Part shown: positions 27,674 to 47,066 of the stretch, one piece after another
How positions within the stretch are numbered: position 1 is the stretch's first letter
Layout: each line of letters opens with the position of its first letter
Source: Amoebidium appalachense
Taxonomy: Eukaryota; Protista; Ichthyosporea
Direction of reading: 5' to 3'
Assembly (NCBI GenBank): GCA_963693365.1
Contig: CAVNZM010000016.1
Coordinates: 4,057,957 to 4,121,956, forward strand
Length of the DNA: 64,000 nt
The notes under the pieces: generated by a model
Told to the model about the DNA's origin: nothing
What the model saw: only the letters and a program-made list of their open reading frames with translations
Databases searched by the model: none
Position numbers and translations under genes: made by a program

Positions 27674-28035
27674 GCTTTGGGTGTACCAGAGGAGGAGGAG
27701 GAGGGCGGGTGTGAGTAGGGCGGGCTGCGGGGGAAGGGAGGGGGGAGGGGTGGAAGGACGGGGGGGGGGGCATGTCCATGAATGGGGCAAACCTATGTAG
27801 GCTACAAACAAGCCAGGAGACAAAACGAGTAAAGCCAATGTATGCACTTGCACATGCTGTTCATGCGCACACCTGTGTGTGTGCCTGAGCGGGTTTGTAT
27901 TGTGTGTGTGCGCGTGTGTGTGCCTGCCTGTACCTGTGTGTGTGCACGAGTGTGTGTATGAGTGTTTGCGCGGGGATGTGTGTATGTGTGTGTGTCTGTG
28001 CGGGTGCGCATGAATGCGTGCGTGTGTGCACGTGT

Positions 28036-28076
<41 letters not shown>

Positions 28077-28468
28077 TGTGAGTTGTGTGTGTGCGCGTGC
28101 GCACGCGCAGGCGTGTGTGCATGTGCCTGTACACGCACATGTATGTGTGCTGCAGTGGTGTGTGCACCGTGCACCCCATACCTTCATATGGTCGTTTATG
28201 ACGGCATTTTCATCCGACGCAGAAGAGGAAGCAGCAATCAGCTTTGCCTCTGTGTGTACAAAAGAGAACATAAGCAAACGAAGACAGAAGGGAAAATAAA
28301 CAAAAGTGCACGCAATTACACATTATTGCCTGTGCAATCCCCCCCCCTCCCCCTCCCCCTCCCCCCAAACCCCACAACACACACACACACACAAAACCCT
28401 CACACACACATCGCAAACAATGAGCCGTCTGATTTCCGAGTGCAGGGCCAACCTAAGAAGGTACATGC

Positions 28469-28522
<54 letters not shown>

Positions 28523-28874
28523 ACCACCACCCACCCCACCACCACCACCACAACCCAGATGCACACACAAAGAAAAAAAAAAAGGGGGGGGGGGGGGAAA
28601 GATGCAACATTGACGTAGGAGCAAGCAAGCAATCAAGGTTTCACGAAAGGGGTGCGGGAGGAGGAGGAGGAGATGGTGGTGATTGTGTATGTGAGCGAGC
28701 GAGTGAGCGAGCGATTGAGTGTGTGAGTGTGTGTGTTGGTGTGTGTGTTTGGAGGGGGGGGGAGGGTGTTACCGATCTGCTTGTCCCTTGCCTGGACAGT
28801 CTGAATCATTTCCTTGAGTGTGGGCACAGCCTGCAGATCAAAAACAGGTCAAAATGTCATGTTTTTTTCCTTTT

Positions 28875-28905
<31 letters not shown>

Positions 28906-30169
28906 GGGGGGGAAGGGGGGCGGACGGGGGCACGTCTTTGAAGTGAAAGACACAAGGAAAGAGAGAGAGAGAAAGGGGCGGGGAGGGGGGGGGGGGGGGG
29001 GGGGGGACCGGCTAGGAAAGCAATTAATGGGTAAGCAAAGAGTGGTGTCGTACCATAGAAATGTCGTCTGGGCCACAACATGGTCTTCCCTCCCTTTTTG
29101 CCTCTTCTTCCAACACACAATGTATAACACAAATCCACCGACATATTGTCCACGTCCCCTCCCCCCACCCACCCCCTTCCCTGCCCTTAAAAAGACGTGT
29201 GTGTGCGTGCACACACACACACCAAGGCACAGATACACACACAATTCTCTTCATTACCCCCCTTTTCTTTATCCCCCCCCCCCCCCCCCCCTTCCCCCAC
29301 GGGAAGAAACCCGCATCCACCGCACCGACATACACTTCTCTCCCATGCCCCCCCCCCCCCCCCCCCCCCCCAATCAAAGCACACACGTACACGCAAACAA
29401 CACACACCACCCACACACACACACCAGCGGCACCCTTGGCAACGAGGGGAGAGCAGGGGGAGACGCAAAGAGGGGGGACGGAAGTTCATTCAATGAAAGG
29501 AACACAAGAACAACGAAACGCAACAGAAATTGGAATAAAAGGTACGACCTATGTCACCCACTATGCACACACCTGGCGCAGGGAGTCATATGACGTCAGC
29601 ATGTCTCTGAGGGTCTTGATTAGCTGCTTGACCGAGTCGGGCTGGGTCTGGGCCGACCCGGATGGAAGCATGGCCGCTAGGTCCTGCGGGATGTAATTAT
29701 GTTAGACCACTGTGTGCATGGTGTGATGCAGGGAGTACTTTTATAGAAACACTGTGTGCACGGTGTAATGCAAGAGGTACATTTGTTAAAGGACTGTGTG
29801 CATTGTGTCATGCAAGAGGTGCTTTTGTTCATAAAGATGCGTGCATGGGGTGTGCTTGGTGGCTTTCATATTACCGCGATAAATATACTTGTCAACGCTT
29901 CAAAGTGCATGCATTGGCCACTAGGTCATGCAGGAGGTACTCTTGTTGGGGTGTGTACAAATAAGACCAAATCAAAGCGCTGCATGCATAAGATACTCTT
30001 GAATACAGCCCATCTTCAGGGGGTTTGTTTCGACCCTTGAAATCTCACTCACCCCGGGGGAGGAGGGGAGGAGGAGGGGGAAGGGTTAAATTGTGTTACA
30101 ACAGAGTCGAACTACACATCCTCGATGGACAACACAACACAGATTTGCAAAAAAAAAAAAAAAAAAAAA

Positions 30170-30201
<32 letters not shown>

Positions 30202-30397
30202 GTTCTTACGTCTGTGTGGCACAGGGTGTCCATGATGTTATAGTTCTCCTCAAACTTCTTCTTGACCGTGGCATCGGCCTGGATGGCAATGTCCAGCTTG
30301 GACTTGAACATGCGCGCCTCCTCCCTGCATGCACACACACACACACGTACACGTATGCATGTGTAAGCCCATTACCCTCCCCCCCCCCCTCCCCCCC

Positions 30398-30443
<46 letters not shown>

Positions 30444-31277
30444 CCACACAAACACTCACACGCGTACGTGTGCAAATTAATCACGCTTCCCCTCCTCTAA
30501 TGAACGTAAGTTTACACCTATTAGATGCCCCCCCCCCCCCCCCCCCCCCCCCCTCCCCGCCCCCCCCACACACACATGTGCCACATGTGTTGAGCCATCC
30601 CCCCCCCCCCCCCTCCCCTTTCCCCCCTCCTCCTTGAATGCTCCATCCGACAGTCGTTACTGCTGAAATCCCTGGTGTGCCCGTGTCTGCCTTGAGACGA
30701 GATGTAATAAATATTAATCAGCTACTTTCACTACTCTGCAGAGCTTAGCAACAGGAGGGAGGGAGGAATGGAGGTGGGGGAGGAAGGCAGCAAGGGGGAA
30801 GCCGTGTTTAGGGGGCGGAGGTGGAGGAGGAGAGAACAATTCACGCCCGCGGTGAAGGGCAGGGGCGTGGGGGGTGGGGGGTGGGGGGGGGGGGGAGGAG
30901 GCGGGAAGGATTTGTACCTCAGCTCCTTTGTGAGGGTTGCGGATGGCGTGCGGGTCCACTCTGCAATGTGTTTGTTGCGCATGGAGTCATCCTCCGTCTC
31001 CTCAGCATCAAGCTGACGCAGGGCCTACAATAAAATAAAACATATAAAAAAAAAAGAAAGAAAAAGAAAAAACAGAAAGTGAAAAGAAGAGAAGGAAGAA
31101 TGAAAGAACGGGAACAAACAAGAAAGGAAAAAGAAACAGGCCGAAACCAAGAAGGACTGGATTAGTGCTCCGCCAGAATACTGACGAAGGAATCAAATGC
31201 AACGATCAACACACAAAGTAACAACACATAACAACGTGTAACTCATGGCCAAGTGTGGGGAGCCACCCCCCCCCCCC

Positions 31278-31308
<31 letters not shown>

Positions 31309-31544
31309 ACGGGCACGCACAAGCACACGCACACACACGGGCACGCACAAGCACAAGCACACCCACACACATACACACACGAACAAACAAAGGCACACCA
31401 ACCAACCCATCCACAGGTCCTCCAAAAGCCCCACATGTCTATAGAGTGCCCCCCCCCCCCCCCCCCCCCCCCTCCCAAAAAAAAACCCCACCACCACGAA
31501 ACCACCCACACACGCACACATGCTCACGCGCGCACACGCGCGTA

Positions 31545-31615
<71 letters not shown>

Positions 31616-31677
31616 AGGCACACCCACACACACATGCCCCCTCCCCTGCCCCCCCCCCCCCCCCCCTTCCCCTCCCT

Positions 31678-31738
<61 letters not shown>

Positions 31739-31746
31739 ACCACCAC

Positions 31747-31781
<35 letters not shown>

Positions 31782-32457
31782 AACAAACAAATAAAACCCT
31801 CTCCCACACACCTCCTGCAACAGCTCCAAGTTATTCTGGCTCAGTGTGCGCATGTTGTCAATCTTGTCCCTCAGACCACCCACGCCGCCATCCTTCCGGC
31901 ACTTTGCGGACTTTTCCAGAACGGATGCGGGAACACCCTGGGGCTGCTGCATGGCATCGAGGGCTGCTGGCATGCTGACCTCTGCAAGCGCACTGTGTGC
32001 ATGCACAGGGGTGAAATTGTCAGGATGGAAATTTTTACACCACTACAAACCCCACCCAGCACACAAGCACAGAGAGACTTAGCTCGCATGCAAGCACACG
32101 TATTGGCACAGGCAAAAGCATGTACATGTACATGCCACATGTAAAATCCCCTTGTTTGGGCGGTTGCTTCGGGGGGGAGGTTACAACGTGTTACAGAGTA
32201 CAGAGTACACCATTATACATTCAAAGTAAATACCATAATACATATTTCCCACAAGAAGCCCAAACAATCACTGTAAGTAACGTGTGCGCGCCCGGGAGGG
32301 GGAAGGGGAGGGCAGGGGGCTAAATTACTTTTGGGATGCTGCGACCTGTGCGTCCAGTTTATCGCATTCCCCTTTGACCAACCGCTTAACCTCCTCCACA
32401 TAGCGGGAATAGGCACGACGGATGGCGATGGGCTTAAGCCCGGACAGAAGGTCCTCG

Positions 32458-32515
<58 letters not shown>

Positions 32516-32768
32516 GGGGAGGGGGGGGGGGGCGGGCGGGGGTGGGGGGAGGGGGGGGAAGAGGGGAGAGGAGGAGAGGCGGGGGATTGAGTGTGAGTTT
32601 GTGTTTGTGTTGGGGGATGGTGGGAGGGGGAAAGGGGGGGGGGGGGGGGGAGGGGGGTGAGTGAGTGAGTGAGTGAATGGGCGAGTGTGTGAGTGATTGA
32701 GTGAGTGAGTGAGTGAGTGAGTGAGTGAGTGAGTGAGTGAGTGAGCGAGCGTGTGTGTGCGTACTTGT

Positions 32769-32813
<45 letters not shown>

Positions 32814-32973
32814 CACAGGGAGAGAGGGAAGGTTTAGAATTGAGTTGAATTCGACGAAGAACACATTCATGAAAAAAAACACCGACGGGGGCTCCCCCCC
32901 CCCCCCCCCCCGCCCCTTCATTTTCTTTTATTTTCCCCTTCCATTTTCTTTTCTTTTTTTTTCTTTTTTTTTT

Positions 32974-33020
<47 letters not shown>

Positions 33021-33216
33021 GAGGAGGAAATAAGGAAAATCACAGAGTACAAAGTACCCATTCACGACGGACAACACAATGTAGGTTCTGCAATGCACCA
33101 AAGAATATGCATCATAAGCAGAGCCCATCCTCCGCCGGGGGGGGGGGGGGGGGGGGGGGGGGGGAGGGCATACACGGTACCCGTTTTCGACCGGAGGGTG
33201 GCCCTTTTTTTTTTTT

Positions 33217-33247
<31 letters not shown>

Positions 33248-33588
33248 GGGGGAGAGGAAGGAGGGGGGGAGGAAAGGAGGAGTCACACACCATCATCGAG
33301 CTTGGGGGGGTCTGCTTTGACCATGGGTGCCCGTGTGACTGGGTCGACCTGTGTGGGCACAAGCTCATGGTAGATGGTGTCGTTGTCCTTGAGAATGCTC
33401 TTGTACGTGCTGCTGATCTTGTCGGCGAGAGGCTGTGTACGTGTTTGTACGTGTGTGTGTGTGTGTGTTGGGAAAGGGTGGGGGGGGGGGGTGCGTGTGT
33501 GTGTGTGTGTGTGTGTGTGGAGGGGGATGTTAGAGGAGGGATGGAAGTGGGGGGGGTAGGGGTGGGGGGGTTAGGGGGGTTGTTGTTG

Positions 33589-33633
<45 letters not shown>

Positions 33634-33755
33634 TGTGTGTGTACGTGAGTGTGAGTGAGTGAGTGAGTGAGTGTGTTCTTTCTTTCTTCTTTCTTTCCTT
33701 TTCTTTTTTTCTTTCTTCCTGTCTTCCTTTCTCTCTCTCTCTCCTTTTTTTTTTT

Positions 33756-33786
<31 letters not shown>

Positions 33787-34218
33787 GGGAGGGGGGGGAA
33801 CGGGGAAAGGGGTAGTGTGCTGGTAGTGGTGGTGGTGGTGTTTGGTTGGTTGGTTGTTTGGGGGGGGGGGGGGGGGGGGGGGGGTTAGAGGTGTTGCAGA
33901 GTCAAAAGTACATGCTCACGACGGACAAAACAGGACAGTCTATGCAAAGGAGAACTCACACAGAGTATGTTTCATACATGGCGCCCATCCTCTGAACCAG
34001 AGGGGGGGGGGGGGGAGGGTTCGAATGCGGAACACGGTACGAAGTACATATACACGACGAGAAGCATGGTGCAGGACACATGCAAAGGCAAACATTCAAG
34101 TGTGCAACATCAGCAATGCGCACAGTATGCGTCATAAGCAGAGTCCATCCTCAGGGGGGGCCCAAGTCATCAATTACGTCTGAGTTTCGGCCCCTGGGCC
34201 CGCTTATCGGAGGAGGAA

Positions 34219-34251
<33 letters not shown>

Positions 34252-34397
34252 TGAGTGTGTGTGTGTGGGAGGTTATCTTGTGGTGCGTGCCTAATCTGTG
34301 GACGTTTGAGTGTCTGGATTGGGTATGCCCCTTGAGAGAGTGTGTGCAGTTGTTCGTGTTTGTGTGGATGGGAGGATGGGAGGAGAAGACGAGGGGA

Positions 34398-34476
<79 letters not shown>

Positions 34477-34898
34477 TGTGTGTGTGTGTATAGGGGGGGT
34501 GGGGAGAGGGGTCGTCCCTACCGCCACATCGACGTTTGTGTACTTTGCATACTTCTGCGCCTGCTTCATCTGGGCCTCCGCAATCTGAAGGGGGCAAAAA
34601 AAAAAAAAAATGAGTGGAAAGGAGGGCAGGCTGGGGGGTGGGGTGGGGGGAGGGGGGGAAGTGTATATGCTTTTCATAGGCTTTATGTCTAGACATCTAG
34701 TTTTGTACCTTAAGGAGAGGAGTTGGTCTTTTGCCTGCCTAGTGCCAGAACCGAATCATACTCTTGACTATATGTCGATAACAAACACCCCTTAAAGGGG
34801 AGAAAGGAGGGAGGGGAGGGCCGAGGGGGGAGGCGAGGGGGGGGTCGGGGTGGGGATTTGGATAAAAGGGAACTCACGCAGAGTATGGAGTCATCGGG

Positions 34899-34933
<35 letters not shown>

Positions 34934-35008
34934 TGGTGTTGTGGGTTTTCGACGGTTTGGGGGCAAAAGGGGGAGGGCAGATGAGCTGGGGTGAGGTTGG
35001 GTGGGGTG

Positions 35009-35048
<40 letters not shown>

Positions 35049-35496
35049 TGTGTGAGTCTGTGAGTGTGTGTGTGTGTGTGTGTGTGTGCGGGGCAAGGCA
35101 GGGGGGGGGGGGGGGGGGGGGGGGGAGAACATAGTACCTGCCAGTAAGCGATTGCGGCACCAAACTTGCTCTGTGAGGCCAAAGACTGGGCCTGGTTGTG
35201 TGCAGCCATGGCGTTGAAATAGTGCTTCTTGAGCGATACGGTGTTGATCCACTCCTATTTTTTTTAAAAAAAAAAAAATCAGTAAAGTTTGTGGTGTGTG
35301 ATGTTTGCGTGGCAATAGGTAGGGGGGGGGGGGGGGGGGAGGGGGGGCAAAAGCCAAGCCCCAACGCATATAACCCCTTAAACAGAGTGATAACCACACC
35401 TATACGCGTGGAGTTCAAGAAACAACACGAGAGGGAGAGATGGAGCAACATGAACACCAACGGACACTCACACCAAATCCGTCCAATACCCGCACC

Positions 35497-35575
<79 letters not shown>

Positions 35576-35727
35576 ACGCACACGCACACGCACACACACA
35601 CACACACACAGAAACCTTCGAGAAAGTTCCCTTGAGGCTGCCCGAGTCCAATGCCGTGTCCACAGCCGCATAGTAGTCACTGGCCTGTGCTGCCAAACGG
35701 GCTAGAATGTTCTCCTTCATCTTGCCT

Positions 35728-35795
<68 letters not shown>

Positions 35796-35895
35796 GCACA
35801 TGTAGACGTGCAGATACATAGATACATGTGCATGCTCACGTATACACGACGCGCAGCAGCACGCGCACACGCGCCCCCGCACACAAACACAAACA

Positions 35896-35965
<70 letters not shown>

Positions 35966-36160
35966 TGTGCAAACAAAGGTCAGAGGACAGCACGGTTTTA
36001 TTTTAGAGAAGAAAGGCCCCCAAGCCCAGAAGCTATACTGAGCCTGCACATCCAATGGCCTTAAATAAAAGAAAATTTACGAAGAATGGCCGAAACTTGA
36101 AGCAACTTACGTACACACAGAAAGACACGCACAAGATAAGGACATTGGGGGGGAAGGGGA

Positions 36161-36193
<33 letters not shown>

Positions 36194-36358
36194 CAAGATA
36201 ACCACAGACGAGAAGGAATTAAAAAGGCTGCCGGAGAGTTGAACTCCAAGAAGAGTGAGCACACAGGCACACACAGGCACACACATGCAGATATGCACAC
36301 ATGCATACACAGACATACCTGCAGATACACATACACACACACACAAACACAGACACAC

Positions 36359-36390
<32 letters not shown>

Positions 36391-37099
36391 GCACCGAGTA
36401 TAGCCTTCTGCAGGAAACACTCCTGTGCCTGAGCCAGGCACAGATTTGCCAGCACGGTCAGGCAGTCCACCGTCAGGTCTGTGCACAGGTTGGCCGGGTA
36501 CTTGCCGTTGAGACTGTCCCGGATGTACGTGAACGCACCGGCTGCACCCTAATAATTGGAATGAGTGGGTTGGTGAGTGCTACTCCACTTTATTTTTGTT
36601 TTCTTTCACCTATTCATTTTGGTATATTGTTTTTCCCTTTTTTTTTTTTTTTGTGGGGGGGGGGGGGGGGAGGGAGGAGGGAGGGGAGGGAGGGGGACGG
36701 GGGAGGAGGGTTGAGATGATTACGGAAAACAAAGAAAACAGCCATAATGAACAACACACCGCAGATGTCAAAACATACACAAATAGTATGCATCATAAGG
36801 AGGGGGGTTTTAGAATGTGTCATAGGATATGAAGTTAAGGATGGCAACGCAACTATCCACAACACAATTTTGCAAGGCACACACAAAGCGAGCACATCCA
36901 TTAATCGATACAAAAGGTGTTACGTGCGGGTTGGTGGGTGGGTGGTGGTGGTGGTGGGGGGGGGGCGCATGCGCGAACATGTAACATATAATGAAAGAGA
37001 GGTGGGAACGTGGGAGTAGACAGGGAAAGGAGGGTGGGGGTGTTTTGCAAGGGATAGTGAGCTGTGTGGTGGAGGTGGTGGTAATGGGGATTTCTTTCG

Positions 37100-37154
<55 letters not shown>

Positions 37155-37173
37155 TGTGGGGCAGGGGGGGGAA

Positions 37174-37204
<31 letters not shown>

Positions 37205-37580
37205 ATGTGAAGGTGCGTGCCCATGATCATACATATGCCAACATACAGAAATATTACATGTACACTGAAAGACAAATAGCAGCACATGCGTTCTGACATG
37301 CGCCAGAGAACCCGAGAGCCCACCCAACCATACATTCACACGACATGCACTCCCTCATTTAGGACCACCCATGCTCACCCATCAACATAGTCGCTAATAA
37401 CAGCCCACCAGTTCACAAACACACTCACACGCACGCACACACACGCACACACACACACAAAAAGCGCGCTTATGCGCACACGCACACGTACACACGCTCA
37501 CACACACACGTACACGCACGTACACGCACGCACGCACGCACACACGCACACACACACACGCACACACACACGCACACGCG

Positions 37581-37612
<32 letters not shown>

Positions 37613-38197
37613 CACACACCTGGAAATAAGTGCAGGCCTCCTTGCATCCATTGTCATCGAGAGTGGTGTTGGATCCCAATTGACTGTTTGCATAGGAAAA
37701 GTTAGAGTTGAAATCTGAACAAAACGGAAAAAAAAAAAAACCGGAAAAGAGGAAAAAGCACCACTGGGATAAAGGTCCAAAGCTGTTACGGCGAAATCCA
37801 ACCCCCCCTCACCCCCCCCCCCTCCCCACCTTCCACACGTACACACGCACACACACAAACACACACAGAGAGAGACAGCACCCTCACCCAGTCTAGAAGT
37901 ACCCTCTCCCCCCCCCCCCCCTCCCCCCTCCCCCCTCCCCCCCCCCCCCCAAAAAAAAAAAAAAAAAAAAAAAAATACAACCCCACCCACGTAGGCCTAC
38001 CCATCCACCATCACCCACTTCCTCCTTCCCCATCCTACACACTAAAAAGGTTACGATGGCAAATGATCCCCCCCCCCCCCCCCCCTCCCCCCTTATTGCA
38101 CACGCTATTCATACACTCCTCACACCCTTCCCCAGGTTCTATAAGCCGTGTTGAGGACTCTTCCAAATTGCACACACAAACACATACCTACATACGT

Positions 38198-38230
<33 letters not shown>

Positions 38231-38259
38231 AACACACACACGCATACACCCACACCCAC

Positions 38260-38304
<45 letters not shown>

Positions 38305-38537
38305 CGTGCAAACAGACCACCGTGCTTACCTCAGGATGGCGCCATAGTTGAACATGATGTTAGCAAGCTCATAGTTGGAATCCCTGCACTCTGCGCATAG
38401 AAACCAATTAGATCACGTTCCTTTACATCCCCCCTCCCCCTCCCCCCGTTTCCTCCACTTCTTCCCTCCCCCCCCCCCCTCGAAACACACACCTTTCCCC
38501 CCACTTCTTTTCCTCATCAACCCCCCTTCTCTCCCGA

Positions 38538-38611
<74 letters not shown>

Positions 38612-38921
38612 AGCACACTTCCCCTGCTTCCACAATGCCAACACTCACTGTACTTACGGCAACACTATCGTTTAACCCCCCCCCCCCCCCTCGTGCCCCG
38701 ATCAACCCTCACCTCCCCCCCCCCCCCCCCCCCTCCCCCTCCCACACACACACACACACACACCAGCACATATCCCCTCCCTCCACCATGCAAACACTCA
38801 CTGTGCTTACGGCCACCCTTGAACGCATCCGTCCAGCCAAACTCCAGGCGAATGGTACCCTGCCGGCCCAGAGGTCAGATAATAAGTCTTATTTCCCTGA
38901 TCTTCTTTCATCCCCCCTCCC

Positions 38922-38956
<35 letters not shown>

Positions 38957-38973
38957 CCACACACACACACACC

Positions 38974-39004
<31 letters not shown>

Positions 39005-40951
39005 CCACCACCCCACCCACCCTCTGCTCCCCCCCGTTTTCCACAACGTAGTCCCTGGAAAACCGAAGACTCTCTCTCTCTCTCTCCCCCCCCCCCCTCC
39101 CACACACACACCCTCCCTCCCCTACAAGTCCTTTCTCATTCACCCCCACCCCTGCCTTTCCCTCTCCCTCCGTCTCCCAGCCTCTCGATAGCCTAACCCC
39201 CTCAAGCCCCCACCCCCACCCTCACACCTTCCTCCCCCCCCCCCCCCCCCAACCTCCGCCATCTCCCCCCCCCCCCCCCTCCCTCCAACCTCGAACCCCT
39301 CCTCAAGCCTCCTCTCTCCACCCGCCCACACTCACAGCCCCAAGGTGTATGCACGAGCTTTGCTCCTAATAACAACAAAATGGTTCTCATTTTTTCGTTT
39401 TTCTTTATCTTCTTTTTCACCCATTCTCCCCCCCCCCCCCCCCATCCCCCAAACAACGGGCGGGGGGGGGGGGGGGGGGGGGGGGAGGGGAGGTGAGGGG
39501 AGGGGAAAGGGGGGGGGGGGGGGGGGGTCTTTTTAAAGCAAAAGAAGAGAAGAATTGAAGAGCAACCCCCCAGAATCCCATTTTCACATGTACATTCCCA
39601 CCTAAATGATTCCCGTATTCCCATGCGCATTCCCGCCACAACCGTACTGACACGCACACTCGCACTCATATTCCCAAAAAAAGAAAAAGTGAAGCCACAC
39701 ACCTGATCGTTGATGGGAAACTTCTCCCCTAGTCTCTGCACCTGGTAGAAGTACCTGAGCACAGCAAGATTGTTAGCCAAAGGAATGAATGAAGAGAAAA
39801 AGTGGGGGGCAGGGGGGGGAGAAGGAGGAATCGCTTGGGAGGTGGAGGTGTGCGTGTGGGGGGGGGAGGGGGGCCGGAGGGGGAGGATGATTAAGCGAAC
39901 CAATGAAGAGCTAAACGCAGATAAATCCACCGGCGAGGAAAGGGGAAAGAGGCAAAAAATGGAAAGAAAAAAAAAAAAAAAGCGCCTGAAGAAACATCAC
40001 TGCCAGCACAACAAATACACAACGCTGTTGTTTTCCGTTTATGACAACCACCATAGTTAACACCAAGATGATGATGATAAATCTCTCGGCGCTTCGCACC
40101 CTACAACATCATGCACAAGGGCGGCATCTCACCTGAGCAGGTTATTCAACCCGTTCTGGTGCACCTCTGCAAGGTTTGCAGCCATCTTCCGCTGGTTAAC
40201 GATGTTGAGAGCCTCATCATATGCCTGAAGGAGCCAACAACACCAGAGCAGGAGGGGAGCAGGGGGAGATGAGGGGGTCCCAAAAGAGGTAAGTGTGGAA
40301 ACACCCAGGAAGAGAAAGAGGGTGGGTGGGTGGGTGTGTGTGTATTTAGGACGGGGGAGGGGGGGGGGGGGAGGGGGGGGGAAGAATGTCAGGAGTGCAA
40401 CAGATGACCGTGTAAACAGTTGACTTGGCGCAAGGGTCCCAGAACAGCCGCAGCTTCAAACCATAGTCGTTTTGCAGCGTTGTCGTACACATTACCTCCT
40501 CCCCCCCACCCCCACTCCCCCCCTTCCCCCCCCACCCCACACACACACACACCCTCCCCCCCCTCCCCCCTCCCCCCCCCCCCACCCACCCACACACACA
40601 CACACACCTTCCCCCTCTCCCCCCCCTCCCCCCCAACCAATCCCAAACCTTTCCCCCCTCCCCCGCACACACACATGCCCACACACACACACGTGCACAC
40701 GTGCACACATACACGAGCACACATACACGCGAGCGCACTGACACACTTACACACGCCACACACACAACAGAAGCGCGTACACCACAGCACACACGCACGC
40801 ACATGCCATCCAGGCAAGCAGCCCCAAGGAGTTGACGTACCCCAGGAGCATCATCGTAGTTCTCGCTGATAAACTGGCGCAAACCGGCCTTGTAGTCCAC
40901 CGGTTCAGCATCCTTCTTGGGGATGGCAAGAAACCCGTAACCTTTACTCAT
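23588..40951 (-). CDS. PDCD6IP: ALIX / programmed cell death 6-interacting protein (BRO1 domain, V domain, Pro/Tyr-rich tail); 25 exons, ~823 aa
   Basis: Phase-consistent GT-AG exons (5'->3'): 40951-40841, 40224-40133, 39754-39703, 38859-38811, 38390-38330, 37683-37620, 36548-36395, 35725-35616, 35254-35138, 34584-34522, 33432-33291, 32458-32329, 31992-31812, 31024-30918, 30324-30210, 29683-29573, 28830-28773, 28249-28182, 27609-27535, 27032-26898, 26452-26358, 26091-25995, 25193-25163, 24548-24460, 23752-23588 (2472 nt in total). Signature motifs: [51 protein letters not shown], and a PGYPP-rich C-terminus. Confidence 0.93.
25008..25137 (-). mobile_element. ~150-bp interspersed repeat, copy in ALIX intron 23
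   Basis: High identity to 34019-34178. Confidence 0.8.
34019..34178 (-). mobile_element. ~150-bp interspersed repeat, copy in ALIX intron 10 (degenerate partner at 33895-33993)
   Basis: High identity to 58081-58239 (reverse complement) and to 25008-25137. Confidence 0.8.
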
Positions 40952-42286
40952 TTTCACAACACAACAGCACGCAAGCGTGCGTGCAAAAAGCGATGGGACG
41001 GGGTAGGCTAAAGCCTACAGAAGTGAAAACGGAACAAAGGGGTACTAAAGCCGGCTACCTCTTCTCAACCACAGAATACAGACTACTATTATACTAATGT
41101 CTTTCGATGGCCAGAAGGTCTTTTTTTTCTTTCTTTTTTACCCAAGTGTGCTTTTTGTTCAACTACGCGACAGTGCAAAAAGTTTTTGCTGACGTGATTG
41201 GCGATTGGCCAACAAGATATCCCCCATGGTAAACTTTTGAAGACGGTTCCTGCTTGGGCATCTGTATGCTATTTTTACCATGTTTTCATTTTTCTATAAC
41301 ATGTACATGTAACAAGCAAGCAAACAAGATTATTCTCCACTATATGTTTTCTTCAGTAAATTTCGTTATTATAGAACGGCAGCCACCTTTCAAAACATTT
41401 TTGAAACTTGACCCAAGTTAAACTTACCAAACCGTGCCCCGGCATGAAGGCCTTGGAGTCGTAAACTTTAAAAGCAGTTACGGCTTGCCCGGCTCTCACG
41501 CTGATTGGTTAACTATGACCTCATAGAGCTACCAACCAATCAAAGCTCAACTACATATTTGGTCAATCCACAAATGACGTCACGCGTGTACACAAACGGT
41601 AGCCGTTCCCGCCCGTATATAATAGTATTGCCACACTGTCTTCGATAGACACTACAACCTATCACTTGTATAAATAAATAAATGGTATATAATAATGCAA
41701 TGTTAAATAAAAAAGATAGTCTCAACTGTGAGATACCGAGCTAATGATTGTTGGGTGTACCGTAGCCATAAAGTTGTCTCCAATCATTGTTATCTAAAGC
41801 TAACTATATATGGCTAAACTTTGCGACACTTTAAGACTTAGCAGAGCTAGTCTACAACCGTCTACTTCAGTAACTACACTTTGCTTGAAACAGCCATCGA
41901 TTTCATGAGAGAGTGACGTAGTAGTCATATAGCTGGTGGCACCCCCAAGTTGCTGACTTGCCAAACTTTAAGCGCCCGGCAGCCCTGAGTGTCACCGAAA
42001 GTTTTCGCCGGTTCGTCGTGTTGAGTTTGTTATAGTGTAGTTTGAACATCTGCTCCCTTTCTCCCTGCGCTTTATATTTGTAGTCTACCTTCGTTCCCTA
42101 AAGTCAACCATTCCCCTTGCTTGCCGCTACATTACTTACAGAGGGTTGCGCCACACTGAGCCTGTTTACATACGTTTTCTGGCAGATTTACCAAGAAGTG
42201 ACTATCTTGTTTTGTTCTTTTCTGGGGCAAATAACTACCTAGTAGACTGCTAAAAGACGCCGTTTTTACGTTTTCGAACATAAAAA
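40952..42286. promoter_or_regulatory. Divergent (probably bidirectional) promoter region between ALIX and CHMP2A
   Basis: 1.3-kb microsatellite-free region between two divergent ATGs. CCAAT boxes (GATTGG at ~41196 and ~41202, CTGATTGG at ~41502, CCAATCA at ~41536) and a TGACGTCA palindrome at ~41575. Confidence 0.5.
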
Positions 42287-47066
<4,780 letters not shown>

